Assembly: GCF_006345805.1 (NCBI RefSeq)
Contig: NC_042997.1
Span: forward strand, 61,504,001-61,568,000
Source: Octopus sinensis
Taxonomy: Eukaryota
DNA length: 64,000 nucleotides
Direction of reading: 5' to 3'
Positions 62,791-64,000 of the stretch are shown here, piece after piece (position 1 is the first letter of the stretch; every line of letters begins with the position of its first letter). The translations under genes were made by a program, and so were the position numbers. Under the pieces are notes generated by a model that was not told the DNA's origin, made no database searches, and saw only the letters and a program-made list of their open reading frames with translations.

Positions 62791-63739
62791 TTGTTTGTTT
62801 GTTTTTTTTAAAGTTCCTACAAAAATATGGTTGTCATTCTAATTCCTACATATTATTTAACTGGTAACTAAATGTTGACTTGGAATATTCAATTGACACT
62901 TGAATATTGAATTCATTATTAAGGTGGTGAATTGGCAAAATTATTAGACTGTCAAGCAAAGTCTGGCTCTTTACATTCTGAGTCCAAGTCCTGCCAAGGT
63001 CAACTTTGCTGTTTGTTTTCCCAGAGTTCATAAAATGAAATATGAGTCCAGAATAGTGGCTCAGTGAGATTGTTAGCACATCAGATAAAACAGTTTGTGG
63101 TATTGCTTCCAGGTTGGTTTAGTGAATTTGCCTGTGAAGCTGCCATGATAGAGTTTTGTGAAAGAAAACCAAAGAAAAGCAATGGAAAACTGCTTTTGAA
63201 TTTTCCTATGAAAATTCTCTGACAGACATAACACTTGTCATGATTGTCACTAAGCATTGTGTTTTGTTTTGATGATGAAAGGAAGGAAGCAATAATTGGA
63301 TTTGTTGAATTTTCAGTCTGAATATGTAAATTAAAGTATTTTTTTTATAATTTGGAAATTCTTATAACGTATATTTCTTTGAGGTAACTGTGTGAGACAG
63401 CTGTAGCTCTATGGGAATACTACAGTTGTTATAAACATCTATAGAGAGTGATAACTGGAATTTAAGTCTTACAATGAATGGAAAAGATGGTATTAATGGT
63501 AAAGTTATAATCAAACTAGTCATATCCAATTTCTCACACCTACCTACATTGTTATTCGAAAAATAAACGATCACATCATTGAAATCTTGAAACTATGAGA
63601 TAATGCATTGTTAATTCAAAACAATGTGAGTAAATAAACATTACATTTGACTGGGTAATCTGGATTCTAAAGGGATTAAAAATTTGTGGTAGTTGTAAGT
63701 GTCCTGGCTTTCTGTTGGTTATAATGAATGTTCCAGTTG

Positions 63740-63995
63740 ATAGGATCACTCGAACAGCCTGCTTGTGAAATTAACATGCAAGTGGTTGAGCACTCAAGAG
63801 ATATGCATGCCCTTAATGCAGTTCTCAGGGAGATTCAGTGTGACACAGAGTGTGACAAGACTGGTTCTTGCCAGCTGAGTGAACTGAAACAACAAAAAAT
63901 AAAGTGTCTTGCTCAAGGTCACAACACACTGCTGAGAATCAAACTCATAACTTTACAATCATGAGCTGAACACACTAGCCACTAAGTCATGCACC
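63740..63995 (-). mobile_element. tRNA-headed SINE (family C)
   Basis: Minus head GGTGCATGACTTAGTGGCTAG..GAGTTTGATTCT followed by GTGTTGTGACCTTGAGCAAGACACTTTATTT. Confidence 0.6.
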
Positions 63996-64000
63996 GTCAT

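Noticed and set aside
425-63964. Most ORFs in the supplied six-frame track (poly-HT, YI, CV, LLL, HHH etc.)
   Set aside because: They are translations of (CA)n, (TA)n, (CAT)n and (CTG)n microsatellites, SINE bodies, or antisense frames of LINE and Gypsy fragments, with no splice or homology support.
750-63995. Functional tRNA genes
   Set aside because: All A/B-box matches continue into SINE bodies and none forms a full cloverleaf by eye.
59925-64000. Next FAM20B exon (SFGNP...ILAPLYQCC)
   Set aside because: No candidate with an acceptor and matching peptide; TTTGGAAAC at about 62120 lacks an AG and the downstream motif.

Overview
Eukaryotic, AT-rich, microsatellite- and SINE-dense DNA; the repeat landscape looks like a coleoid cephalopod (Octopus-like; inferred, not database-checked). 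The only supportable cellular gene is four consecutive + strand coding exons of FAM20B (glycosaminoglycan xylosylkinase): 16754-16840, 38728-38837, 52105-52273 and 59736-59924. They splice in frame across GT-AG introns of 21.9, 13.3 and 7.5 kb; the first and last exons lie outside the window. The rest is intronic repeat: a decayed pogo/Tigger transposase, a young non-autonomous Helitron, Tx1, CR1 and RTE LINE fragments, a decayed Gypsy pol with an RTE LINE nested in it, a mariner fragment, piggyBac- and hAT-type MITEs, and many tRNA-derived SINEs. Less obvious signals found by eye: (i) several minimal type-I hammerhead ribozyme motifs, two within inverted repeats typical of Penelope-like element termini, one with an intact catalytic core; (ii) a 5S rRNA-derived sequence split by a CR1 insertion and abutting a tRNA-type SINE head; (iii) a 35-nt apparently templated insertion matching a neighbouring SINE copy; (iv) a Tx1 insertion with a perfect 17-bp target duplication and a sense AATAAA just downstream of a FAM20B exon. 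Nearly all ORFs in the supplied track are microsatellite or repeat artefacts. Repeat boundaries are by eye (about +/-20 nt unless terminal motifs are quoted), and family assignments rest on recalled consensus motifs, not searches.
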